Below the pieces are notes generated by a model. That model had not been told where the DNA came from. It was given only the letters and a program-made list of their open reading frames with translations, and searched no databases. This document shows positions 53,601 to 64,000 of a stretch of DNA of 64,000 nt, one piece after another. Position 1 is the stretch's first letter. Every line of letters starts with the position of its first letter. The stretch spans positions 1 to 64,000 of the forward strand of contig JYFJ02001084.1 in assembly GCA_000934665.2 (NCBI GenBank), read 5' to 3'. Position numbers and translations under genes: made by a program. The DNA comes from Catajapyx aquilonaris. Taxonomy: Eukaryota.

Positions 53601-55797
53601 ACTAAGGTGTATGCGGGCTAACTCTGACTAATCCGGACTACCCCTGGACTAATCTGGACTAACCTCGGACTACCTACTAAGGTGTACACCTAGGGCCCCT
53701 AGTCTGATGACCCGGGGTAAGCTATCCCGGGGGCAGTCACCATGGCCACATATGTAAAAGGATAGCAGTAAACAACCAGTTACCCCAGGGGGCAAGCTAC
53801 CCCGGGTCACCAGACTATATACTCTAGTGTACACGGACTACCAGGACTATCCCCGCGGACTATACAGCTACCCTCGGACTATCATTGGAATAGCCCTAGC
53901 CCGGACAACCTGAGGTGTACCCGGACTACCCTTAGTGAATAACCTTTCGGCTGCCCTCTTCCAGTGTCCGTTCTTCGCAGGTTGCCGGAACCGAACCGAA
54001 AGCTGAGCTGGGAACCGTTCGTGTCGCAGTCGCCGTTTCTGGAGCGGAAAGAACGCAGCAACCAATCGTGCTCGCCGTCGTTTCCGCGTCGCTTTTCTGA
54101 CAAGTCCTGCCTGTCGCCGTCGCTGGCAAGACGCAAGATGGAGCAGAGGGTTCCGTGGATATCCCAGCATATCCTGGAGGAAAGAGGCGGAGGAGGAGGA
54201 GGCGAGATGAGGGGGGAGACGCCGGTGTCCACACCTACGTTCTCGACGCCCCCGACGTCGCCGCCGACCACCCCGTCGCCTGCCAGCAGTCGGAAGAAGA
54301 AGGAGACGTCACCCAGCGTCCGTCTCATGGTGGCCAGGTACAACCAGAAGCTGACTGAGCAGGAAGGGGTCGCGGCTGGAGGGGGAACCAGCACTCCGGA
54401 GAGCAGGTCACCCATCTGGAGGTCACCAGTCGCCGAGAGGAAGCTGCTGCCCGGATTCAGCGTCAGAGCACAGATGGAGCGGTACCAGGTACGACCAAAT
54501 CTGCTGTCCCAAGGAGAAACACCCTATCTTCAAAACTAGTATGGACGAAGGATGGAGATATGGTGTTTCTCCTTGGAACGGCAGAAATGCCCAAACGATC
54601 TCCAAAACAGGTGATGTAAACCACTGCTGTCCTTGCAGGAAGAAGTACGTAAGGCGTTGGGCAGGTCAGAGGTCGGGGAGGGAGTTCAGAAGTCGGCCAG
54701 TGCAGGGATCATCAAGTCAGCGGTCAACAGCCTGAAGCTTCTGAAGTCATCGAGCGCCGGAAGCGTTCCAAAATGCAGCAGCAGGGAGGACAACAGCACA
54801 GTACTGCCAGATCCAACGCCGGCCCAGCAGGATGACCTCGAGGTCACGCTGGGGGTCATCAAGGAGAGCAGCGAGGGAGAGGTCACGGCACCGTCGCCTG
54901 CTAGACTGGACTCATCCGCTTCCATTGACGCCACGTTGCAAGTAGGTTTCGGCCTAATTAAGGTCATAATTGGCATGTCACGTGTACATGTCCCGTCTAG
55001 GCGTACTTGTCCCGGAAGAGCCCTGTCCCGACTGAGGAAGGCCCGCCTCCTCTGAGCCCAACATCGTGCCGTCTTCGAGCCTTGAAACTAAAGAAGGCAC
55101 GAGACGAGTTCCTCCACGGACCTCAGAGGTCATCCCCAAGCCCCAAACCGGATGACCAACCGGATGATGCGGCCACTTCCGCCGTCCTCCGGATCAGACC
55201 ATCCGGAAGTGGGTTGTTCCGACAAAGGGCAGCGGTCAGCAAGAGTGAGCAGCCGGAAGGTCGGTTAAGCCAGATCAGCATGGGCAGCGAGTCCAGCTTC
55301 GATGATGACCTGACCTGCGCTAGGGATGGGCTGGTCAAGTCCGCCAGCCTCGGGGTCATAGGTCAGACAATGGGTGTTTTATAAGGTTGTTTTTTTTGGT
55401 GTAACTGGTCATTGTCACAGGTCGCGAGCGGGTCATGGCCGAACCTGGAGGGGTCAAGTCCTCATCGTTGCAAAGAGATCCGGAGCCCCAGCCGGCCAAG
55501 AGGTCAGGGTTCTTTGACCTGGCGGCCAGGTTCAAGGTCAAGTTCAGGAGGAAGGAGCCGAGGACCAGCATGAGCACAGTGGCCAGGTTGTGCAGGCAGA
55601 GCCTCATGGTGGATATATCTGCCCCGAGGCCGCCCCCGGAGCCTTCGTCCAAGAGCTACCCGTCTTCTCCGCTTCTGCTGGACAGGCCGGCCAGCAGTAG
55701 GCAGCAGGGTGGCCAGCAGCAGCCGGCCAATCAGGAGCAGCCTCCCGCCGCTCCACCCAATAAGGGAACAAAGAAGAAGGACTTCTTCCCATTCTAG
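41659..55797 (+). CDS. Large uncharacterised coiled-coil/low-complexity protein, ~2,400 aa, ~22 exons
   Basis: Phase-consistent GT-AG chain: 41659-41803, 42713-43323, 43381-43509, 43569-44079, 44679-45407, 45546-45929, 46957-47389, 47675-48144, 48200-48401, 48459-48584, 48644-48717, 49497-49660, 50605-50928, 51166-51372, 51436-51586, 51648-51838, 51899-52245, 52302-52841, 53981-54488, 54639-54941, 55001-55361, 55421-55797 (sum 7,287 nt, divisible by 3). Coiled-coil segments include LDHLDNLCKLMEQLGELKDQNTKLQRRIQYLEDM and LERELHKIEREKLRLEREREKF. The start codon is uncertain. Confidence 0.8.
41900..42650. repeat. Intronic degenerate ~150-170-bp tandem repeat rich in AGGTCA/TGACCT
   Basis: Recurring ACCTCCAxCTGCATGTGAGGTCATTCACACTGTATAAAGGTCA units; homologous to 44090-44575. 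Confidence 0.8.
44090..44575. repeat. Second intronic block of the AGGTCA/TGACCT-rich repeat
   Basis: Same units (GTGTGAATGACCTCCACCTGCATGTGAGGTCATTCACAC; ACCCAGTTTAAGACGAGA) as intron 41804-42712. Confidence 0.8.
46086..46627. mobile_element. MITE with ~75-bp TIRs (TATAGTAGGGGTAAGCTAAC...)
   Basis: TATAGTAGGGGTAAGCTAACTTATGGGTTTTGGGAGGTGGCTTGTGTCC vs GGACACAAGCCACCTCCCAAAACCCATAAGTTAGCTTACCCCTACTATA. Confidence 0.85.
46252..46475 (+). mobile_element. 224-bp CTGCC...GGCAG MITE with 4-bp TSD, copy 1
   Basis: ~65-bp TIRs; AGTT on both sides. Confidence 0.85.
47421..47644 (-). mobile_element. 224-bp CTGCC MITE with 4-bp TSD, copy 2 in opposite orientation
   Basis: Near-identical reverse complement of 46252-46475; TATA on both sides. 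Confidence 0.85.
48735..49315. mobile_element. TIR element family copy 3 containing a near-perfect foldback insert (48950-49227)
   Basis: GAATTTTTTATGAGCGCAACCTAGTGCGCA ... TGCGCACTGGGTTGCGCTAGTAAAAAAATC. Inner arms TCTTGCGTAGCTATGGAAATAGTGGCAGGCTCTGACGTCACGGTCGACTCCGATTGG and its exact complement. Confidence 0.75.
52905..53935. repeat. Complex GGACTA-based repeat filling most of a 1.1-kb intron, with inverted segments and an embedded TAGTCTG...CAGACTA mini-element (53700-53817)
   Basis: Dozens of GGACTA(C/A/T) units, a local 41-bp triplication at about 53075-53210, and reverse TAGTCC blocks at about 53270-53305 and 53470-53525. Confidence 0.85.
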
Positions 55798-56624
55798 CGC
55801 GCCAGACGCGATCGAAACGCGATCGCGATGATGCGAAGCGGATGAGAGTCGTTTGGCTCTCTAGTGTAAATGGAGAGCTCGAGACGCGTTCCAGCCGTGT
55901 CTGAGCGCTTCTCGAACGCGTTTACACTATGGCAACTTCGGACCTCTAGTGCGTAAAAGGCCCGTTTACACGACGCCATTTTGTTAGAAACGGCATCGTG
56001 TAAACGGGGCCAGATTGTTGTGAAAGTTAAGTTCTAATCAAGACTAGTCATGAAAAACGTGTGGTGCTGAATGGTGTGTGACATTGTTGCAAGAGACATT
56101 GTTGGAGGAAACAACAGTTCCTCCAATTTCTACTCCCAACCTACTCTTTTATCTCTTCCATTTTTACACGTCTTATATAGTTTCAAGTATAGCAATAAAA
56201 AGAGGGATTACGAGCAGTCCAACCTTTGCGCACCCACTTCCAAAAATTCCTTGTAAGTCGCATTAACCCAGAAAGATTTCCATCTGTTGGAGGGAGAAGA
56301 GAAATGGCCAGTGTTCCGGTTGCGTGATCCGGTGTTGCAGGCCCCCGGAATCTCCCCTCCAACTAGTCCCCCTTTGCCCATATCAATATGGGTGAAATTC
56401 AGGCCTTTAAAGAGAACGAATAAAGTGCTCATGACCTTCTTATTTGCAGGCCGTACAGTGCTCACTATAATGTCACGGTCCGTCGCTACAATGTTTCCTA
56501 ATTATTCCTTAGCAGGGACATCATATTGGCTGAAGTCTGTGCCTCAAAATATGTTTGTCCGCGGTGAGTCATCAGCTAGTATATGTAGTACCGCTTTCCT
56601 CCGCATGACCAGTGGCAGCAGTAT

Positions 56625-56986
56625 CAGGGAGCACATACTACATTAGAGGCGCAAACTTCTGTGGGCGCCTTTGATGTTCGCGCCTCTCTGGGGCCGTTGC
56701 CAGGACTAGCGGCCATTTTGAAGCGTGGGTAACGCCAACGAGGTATAAATAGGGTACAGACAAATATAGGGCCCGCCATCTTTGGTGGTTTTGGCGGCCA
56801 TGGCAAGAATGGCGGCAAGAACACGCGCGAATCAAAGAAGGCGGACCCTATTTTTGCATGTACCCTATTTATACCTCGTTGGCGTTACCCACACTTCAAA
56901 ATGGCCGCCAGCCTTGGCAACGCCCCAAACAGAGAGACGCGGAATTCAAATGTTTGCGCCTCTTATGTAGTATAATATGCTCCCTG
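56625..56986. mobile_element. Palindromic MITE with 7-bp TSD, copy 3
   Basis: CAGGGAGCACATACTACAT...ATATGCTCCCTG; TSD GCAGTAT on both sides. Confidence 0.9.
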
Positions 56987-58285
56987 GCAGTATGTAGAGA
57001 GGGACTATGCGCCATCTACGTGAGGGATGTGGTACTACGTCGTGGACCCGGGCAGTGTTGCCAAGTTTTGACCTACTATTTCTTTATGAACTGATGTCAC
57101 GCTCCGTCACGACATCAAGTTGGCAGCGTATCGACATGGATATCTTCCGCAACTGGGTAATTAGTCGAGTGTTTCGTGCCGCTGAGGTCATTCAGACTGC
57201 AAGTAATGCCTTCTTGCCGCAACGAATGAATGAGCGTGTCTGCTGTTAGCTGGACTCTAAAGAAATCGATGCTTCTTACGACACGTCCCCCCCTTTCTCT
57301 CTCGATAGTATGGGAATAATAATCCTCCCTTCCCCTTTGATGAAGGGGGTGGGAGGGAAGAGTGCAATTATCCCTCCCATGCAGCATATATACAGCAGGG
57401 TACGGGCCAAGGTGGGCGTACCTTCGAGCCTTGGTCTGTACCATGGAAATCTCACCACCTGGTGTACTACCCGTAGCACCTATTTTTTTTTCATGTTTCA
57501 TGTTGTGTTTTTCTCTAGGAGGCTCCTGGAGTATCTGACACTACTTCACTAATTACACGCCTGGAGTAACGTCACGCACGTAAACTACTCCACAACCCGA
57601 TACTTACATTGTGCTTACTCCACCCATCGATTTTCGCAGAGGATTTTTGCCGCTTTTTGTGCATACAACTTGCCAAATGAGAGGGGCAGTCCACTTGTTC
57701 CACCCTTGACGGTTAATTAAACACAGGTAGCAACTTTCGTGAGAAGCCAAGTCCCAAACGGCACCTCGACAACGCTCCTTGCCAACCAGACGTGGAAGTA
57801 AAAACTTCTGAAAGTGATTGAAAATGCTCTTAAAATAATGCTGGAACAGTTCATTGCCAAAGTTCAAGTACAAAAGGAGGGAAGGAAGAGAAGGTGTGCT
57901 CTGACAAATTGTGTGTAATTGTCATATACTATTAGCGGACTTACATTGCCGAATTTTGGCAACACTACTTGCCACCCCCACCCTTGGACGTAGGACGATA
58001 GGCCAACACCAGCTAGCACATAGGCTCTCCTGCACACTCCTGCCACTCTCAGGGAGACAGTAGTACTACATGCACTTTGGTGATGAGTCACCGCGCTGAC
58101 AAAGTCAATCAGGGCGCTATACTACCTTGTCCTCTAATTGTTGAACGGGGAAAGTAAAAGCTATATGGCAACTTCTACCTACGATAGGTAATGAGTCAAC
58201 TTGTTTACAGTGTGGAGTCACGTATTGTGAATTCTGCAACTTATATCATGATACTAGGCACAAACTTGCCAAAATTAGGCAAGAA

Positions 58286-58350
58286 ATGGCGAAAGTGGAA
58301 AGAGAGAGAGACGCGAACCAGGCAGCGACATCCGACGGCGAAGTACCGAA
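58286..58350 (+). CDS. Possible first coding exon of a further gene (MAKVERERDANQAATSDGEVP..)
   Basis: AAATGGCG start context, open hydrophilic frame, AA|GTAAGA donor and CpG-rich surroundings. No downstream exon was identified in the window. Confidence 0.25.
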
Positions 58351-58590
58351 GTAAGACGGTGCGGAGGTTGCGCCCGCGGCCGGAACGGCGTGTATGGGAA
58401 CTTCGTGGTGGTAGTTTTTTTAAGGCGTCGGCGTTTTTTTTTTTTGCGTTTTATCAATTCCCTGGACACTATTACCAAAAAACTTAAGTTTATTGCAAAT
58501 ATAGCAAACGCTGGCTAAATTTTGACATTACTTCCGGTGCTGTAGGCCGTACACAGCGGAAGGAATTGCCATCACAGTATGTATTAATCA

Positions 58591-58730
58591 TATAGCTGAT
58601 ACGAAAAATTCCCCACATATAATATTTATATGTGGGGAATTTTTCATATCATCTATATCGTCGTATAAAAGCAAATTAGAGAAAATATTCAATAATTGAG
58701 GATTTTCTCTAATTAGCTTTTATACGACGA
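58591..58730. repeat. Two abutting ~70-nt hairpins
   Basis: GAAAAATTCCCCACATATAA/TTATATGTGGGGAATTTTTC followed directly by TCGTCGTATAAAAGCAAATTAGAGAAAAT/ATTTTCTCTAATTAGCTTTTATACGACGA. Confidence 0.85.
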
Positions 58731-61700
58731 CCAGACCAGACTACTGCTAGTTGCTAAGGGCTGTCGCCTGCAAATTGTAACTGAGTCAACACTGTTTGTG
58801 TGTCTTGCCTGAAACATGCATTATCTCCCACCCAACCCACCTAACCTGCGACATGCCAGGCGTATAACGGACCTATAAACATAGCATGTGATAATAGTGT
58901 ATAAGACCTGTAATGACAAAACAGAAATAATAATACCTCGTGAATTGTGCCAGGTGCAAGTCGCGACCATGTCATTACTATAAGTTGGCAACTAAGAAAA
59001 GAAATGAAGCAAAATGGGAGGTGGGGGAGGGGGGTGGGGAAGGTAATATCGGATAAAATGTCTGTCTGACAGGCAGGCAGGAGTGCCAAGTGAATAATGC
59101 AATATCAAGTGCGCTAAGAAGGCGACGCTACACATCAAAAGCACTTTGTGTCGCGACTAATGTGCAAATCAATGCCGCACTCGACAAATTGATCATACTG
59201 GAAGTCTTGGAAGAGTATTTATGCCAACAAAAAAATTCTTCCCGCTGATATCGCGCTTTGCCATAGGCTACACATAGTTACTGTACCTTGAAAATGTATT
59301 AAGTAAGACATGCAATATGCAACTATCATCCCACAGTACCGTAAAACGGATGAGATTGTACCAGTGGGGTGAGATTGTGCCAACGCATTTCTTGGACAAC
59401 AGTGCGCCATACCGCGAATTTTACACGTCATTTCCAACCTCGACCACCTCTCAATGTGCCTAAATTCGCTGCCACAGTTGTCCAAAAAATGTCCTGGCAC
59501 AATCTCACCCCGTTTTACAATATATACTGTAGAATTGGCAAGATGTAACTCTGTCCCTACACGCGGTGACTCATCACATAGGTGCATTTGGTTACTATAG
59601 TTGCCGCTTGGTGGTAGTATAGTGTGGAGAGAGGGTGGATGAACGCCATCTGGTTGTGGCATATTGCACTACGTCCGTTTGGGAGGCGGGCCGGGCAGTG
59701 TTGCCAAATTTTGTGAACGGGTTAATTAGCATGTAACACCTGTACTTACAGAAGGCAGTTTCTGCCAATGTATACAGTCGTGATATCGAGCAACAAAAAA
59801 AAGTGCGACAATTAGTGTAATGATGATGAGGTAGGAGCGAGGGTTAAGCAGGCGTGAAACTCTCCGTGTAAATAACGCTGCGATTCATCCATGCGGTAAA
59901 AGCGCGTCTGCCTGAAGGCGGAGTTGGTAAAAACAACACGGGTTGACACAGCACATGCTGATTGATCTAGCCTCAAAGGGATCTAGGGGGGGAAAAGAGT
60001 GGGGGTTTCCCACCCACCCACCCACCCACCTGCGGGCTACACAAACGGACCAATGAAAAGGCAGCTGGGAAACCAACCCACACCTGCACACACGCTGGTC
60101 ATCCAGTCACTCAGGTGTACTGGTCAGGAGAAGTGACTGGACATCACCTCCAAGTGCCAGCCAAACCATGTGCTCCGGACACGTGACCCATGACCCAGGG
60201 AGGACCAGGTAGCCAAGGGTCAGCTTGCAGTAAGGTCATCCCTCGCTATTTATTTCCTTCTCTCGGGTGTATTTTATTCGCACAACATGCTTAGGATCGA
60301 TGCGTATTGATGCGTGCAAAAAAAAGCGAATTTTTTGTTTGGAATGCTTTTTGAGTTCCGGGAAGCCGTTTGAGTCATAGACCTTTGAAGTGTTGAAGAG
60401 TGACCTCGATGCAGGTCACGGCTATTATTAGTCGCTTGCACCAACGGGGATTCCCCCCCGGGTGACAAAGCCGCTCTGGCGTAATTGTTCAACTAGGGTT
60501 TTTCCAATGCCGCCAAAAGGTTTCGCGAGCTCGACGTAAAACAGCGAATTATTTGCAATTTATGAAGTGCCAAAAACAATTTTTTTTTCTGGCGGCACAA
60601 TGTGAGAGAAAACCAGTAATATTGTTGATAATATTCACTATCATTCGTACAGCTATAAACAGTCTGTATTCTAAGGGCCGGTTGTATTAAATCTTAGTAG
60701 TGAAAATTTTGCAAATTTTTCGTAATGCGAAATCTGGCAAAAAATTATTTATTACCCGTCATGCAACCCGAGATTACTATTTAGTTTTAAAGATACAAGT
60801 AAACGGCTATGAAAGCTGTCTTTTCGGAAAATATTGCCAAAATAGTATGGCCGGTTTATGGACACAAAATTATGACTATAAAATCTTCAATTATCTTTAC
60901 ATACTTACACAGTACAAAGCCTTTGCACACACAACTAGATCCTAGTTTTTAGAATTATTGCTGGCAAACTGTAGAAACACAAATAGCCTACACATAGGCA
61001 ATACTATTGGATTGTTGGTGAACGGGAATATTGTTAACCAACAATTCAAATATTATTGCCTATGTGTCCATACTTTTGGGTCACCCTGTATAATATATTA
61101 TTACGATAAATATTCTCTTTTTTTGCGTATGTAATGCTACGTGCAGATTTTGGCCAACTTTGTGCCCTTGACAGTGTTCCTTTTGCGAGTAGTGTAAGTC
61201 ACAAAGGGAGATGAGAGGACGTATAAGGTGAGTCAATTGCGGCTTAATATTGATAAGTCCTAGGCAACAGCGCAGTAATGGTCAGGCGCGCATTGCGATC
61301 GAGCATTGCAAGCCTTATGCACACGCACATCACGTCACGATCGATTCCGAGCCTTAGGGAACTGGTCAGCCGCATTTTCCCTTCCTCTACCCACAAACAC
61401 CCACGCAACATCATCATTATTTTTCATCTCAGAATATTATTCGGGACAACCTTATGTCACCAATTGTGGTCCTAGTACCCCCCAAAAAATCGCGCAGCAG
61501 GCTTGCTAAAAAAAGGAAATTGGCGACTGCCCTCCGTGTCTTAATGTCCCGTAACGACCTGCAATTTCCACGAAAATTCGAGTCGTCGCAGGACCCACTC
61601 GGGCCATTAAGCAATGACCGGACGCCCGTCATTTTTAGCCGGGACTGGACCAATAAGCATGCACCACACTCTGCCGTGATCGGACACTTCACTCGATAGT

Positions 61701-64000
61701 CGCTACAGCTAAAGCATGTGCGAACTTTCCTTCAGAGAAAATCTCAATATTAATATCGGTGCAAAAATTCCTCGCTTAAATTAGATTATACTGTACACAC
61801 AAAGTGGTGCAATGCCCATATCTAAAAGGGGGGACAAGAGTTATGGATTGTCTTCTGAACCAACGATTGATGTCAATATGCTGCATGATTCATGAATGAA
61901 TGGACTCAAGAGGAATATTTTCCTTTAAATTGTTGAAGGTCAAATTGCGCCTGACTGGTAAGCAGCAGGATGGGACAATCCAGCCTCTTGGGTTGCGCAT
62001 CTCACAGGATAAGCCACGTGTCTCTTAAAAATGGGGCAGTCACAGGCTGCTGAACAGGGTGAATCAAAATAGTCGACATCAACAACCACTTTAGAGGAGA
62101 ATCAGAATTACGCTGAGAGAGTGGACTTGCAGACCCTGTGCAATTACAGGTGTAATTGTTCACATCATGCATGCACATACATTTTTTAAAAAAGTGGCAA
62201 GGGACATAGCTGGGCTGTAGGTATAAGCAAACCCGCATTGAATTTATGGCGCGCGTGATAAGAATCGTGGTGTGAGAGACAGACACGACTCAAAACGGTC
62301 GAGTCGTGAGGGGGTTAAAAATGCAGTTAAATGATAGAAGCCGTTGGTAGGACGTCATGTGTCAAGTGGTGTCAAGAGAGTCATGCATATGTGTGGTTGG
62401 AGGGGAAGGGGGGAGGTATTGTCGTGACAGAAGACCCCTCTTTTCTACATTATGAGTGGATTGGGATGGGTCGTGGTGGAGGTTAAAAAGAGAGGCTTGC
62501 GTGTCATCCCTGCCAAAACCTGGAAGTCTTCCATGTCCAAAAAACCGAGCAGAGAACCCCCCTACCATCCAGCCATCCACAGACAAGAGTCCTTCAATGG
62601 GGAAGGACACCTGAAAACGATTCCAAGTAGTATCATGGCCTGATGCACGACACAGGAATAAGAGGGCCTTCCTTAGTTCATGCTGGGCGGGCACTCTTTC
62701 AGGTCATTTTGGCTTATTTCCATGCCTGCTGCTGGGCTAGGAAGCCATACAACCAATCGAAATATATCATTCGCATTAATCTGGACAAACGAACAAACAA
62801 ACTTTGCATACATGGGAGCGGTACGCAAAAAAAAACCCGCATTTGATGATAGAAGCAAGCCACTTTGCACACTTGTTCCTAACAACATTGATGGGTATGA
62901 AATGGAGCAATGTAGAAACGTGTGTAGAAGCAAACAAACTACTGTATTTGCATTATCATATCATACTACTAATCCGCTTATTATCTCTGTCCGTGTATAC
63001 ATGTCCGTGTTGACTCATCGCCGAGGTATAGTAGTTAACCGTAGTTTTCGCCTTCCCAGTTCAACAATTAGAGGACAGACAGAGTGGGACTCACTTCAAT
63101 GAAGGCGAGACACATCCTGGTTATAGCACCAGGGTGGGCTTTGTCCGCGCGGTGACTCATCACCAACGTGCATGCAGTTACCACGTGGAGTGGGAGCAGC
63201 GTGTGCTCCATCTGGTAGTGGCATATTGTACTACATCTAAGTGGAGGCGGGCCGAGCAGTGTTGCAATATTTTGGCAAGGAGTTCACTACTAGCATTTAC
63301 AGATTATATATATATTTTTAAATTACATATTTGCTGAAAGCCCTGGAAAATGTTTTGAAATACCGCGGTACATTCGTATAACAACTTACTTTTACACATC
63401 GCAGATTGACTTGCAGGAAATGGCACCATTGGCCAAAGATAAGCTTCTGAATGAATGGGCTGGAGTGGTGGTGGGGGGGCATGTTGGCAGAATCGCCCCC
63501 CCGCCAAACCCCGCTTTTTCGCAAGGAGGGTGATGCCTGGGGGTATATCCTGAAGTGGGCGGCTCCATTCAGTGCTTTGCCCAAACTGCTGGGTGGGTGG
63601 GTGGCCGGCCATGATGGGGGTGGGAAAGTTTAAAAAAGAAAGAAGAGAGAGAAAAAAGAGAGAGAGAACCGGGAAGGGGAAGGTTAGTCCATTCTGAAAG
63701 GCACACACCTTCCTCTCCCTCCAAATTTTCTCAAGGCCGTCCGTCGCGCTAATTCTGCACCTGACGCCTAAATCCATTATCCGATCGAACTTTGCAAATT
63801 TACAGTGTCCAAAATGTACACTACCATGCAAAATGATCGCCTCTCCTGTCCATTAGTAGGGCCATTCATGAGCTGCGATATTTATTTTTCATTTTTTCAA
63901 ATAAAATTTTTTTTTAAAAAAGAGAGCTTGCACGATCATGACGAAACACTGTGTAAGGTTTTGCACTATATTTGCAGCACCTGCAATTTAACGTTAGTTA

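Noticed and set aside
42801..55792. Numerous antisense ORFs over exons of the large gene
   Set aside because: Shadow frames of GC-rich coding exons with no independent splice or domain evidence.
60040..64000. Short ORFs and possible alternative exons in the last 4 kb
   Set aside because: No coherent exon chain or recognisable protein similarity; probably intronic or intergenic.

Overview
Eukaryotic genomic DNA, very probably arthropod, with spliced genes and GT-AG introns. No prokaryotic operon, CRISPR array or rRNA is visible. Three + strand units can be read by eye. (1) A 3-exon C2H2 zinc-finger gene (1432-9714) whose last finger appears cut off by a 1-nt frameshift. (2) A ~25-exon Cad99C/protocadherin-15-type cadherin (16514-35746) ending in SPVEATTEL. 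(3) A ~22-exon, ~2,400-aa uncharacterised coiled-coil/disordered protein gene (41659-55797) with a repeated FxKKxxEW motif. Non-coding space is dense with short non-autonomous transposons: foldback MITEs with TTAA, TA, TTA, 4-bp and 7-bp target duplications (several nested), a hAT deletion derivative, two tRNA-derived SINEs with long TSDs, Helentron-like repeats, and 21-bp and 48-bp minisatellites. The most unusual signals are: a duplicated intron/exon junction that may have created a 24-nt microexon; intronic repeats carrying four perfect AGGTCAnTGACCT (EcRE-type IR1) palindromes; and a five-copy ~150-bp dispersed module with conserved AP-1-like and CTCF-like motifs. Exon models and family assignments come from manual reading only; no database searches were run.
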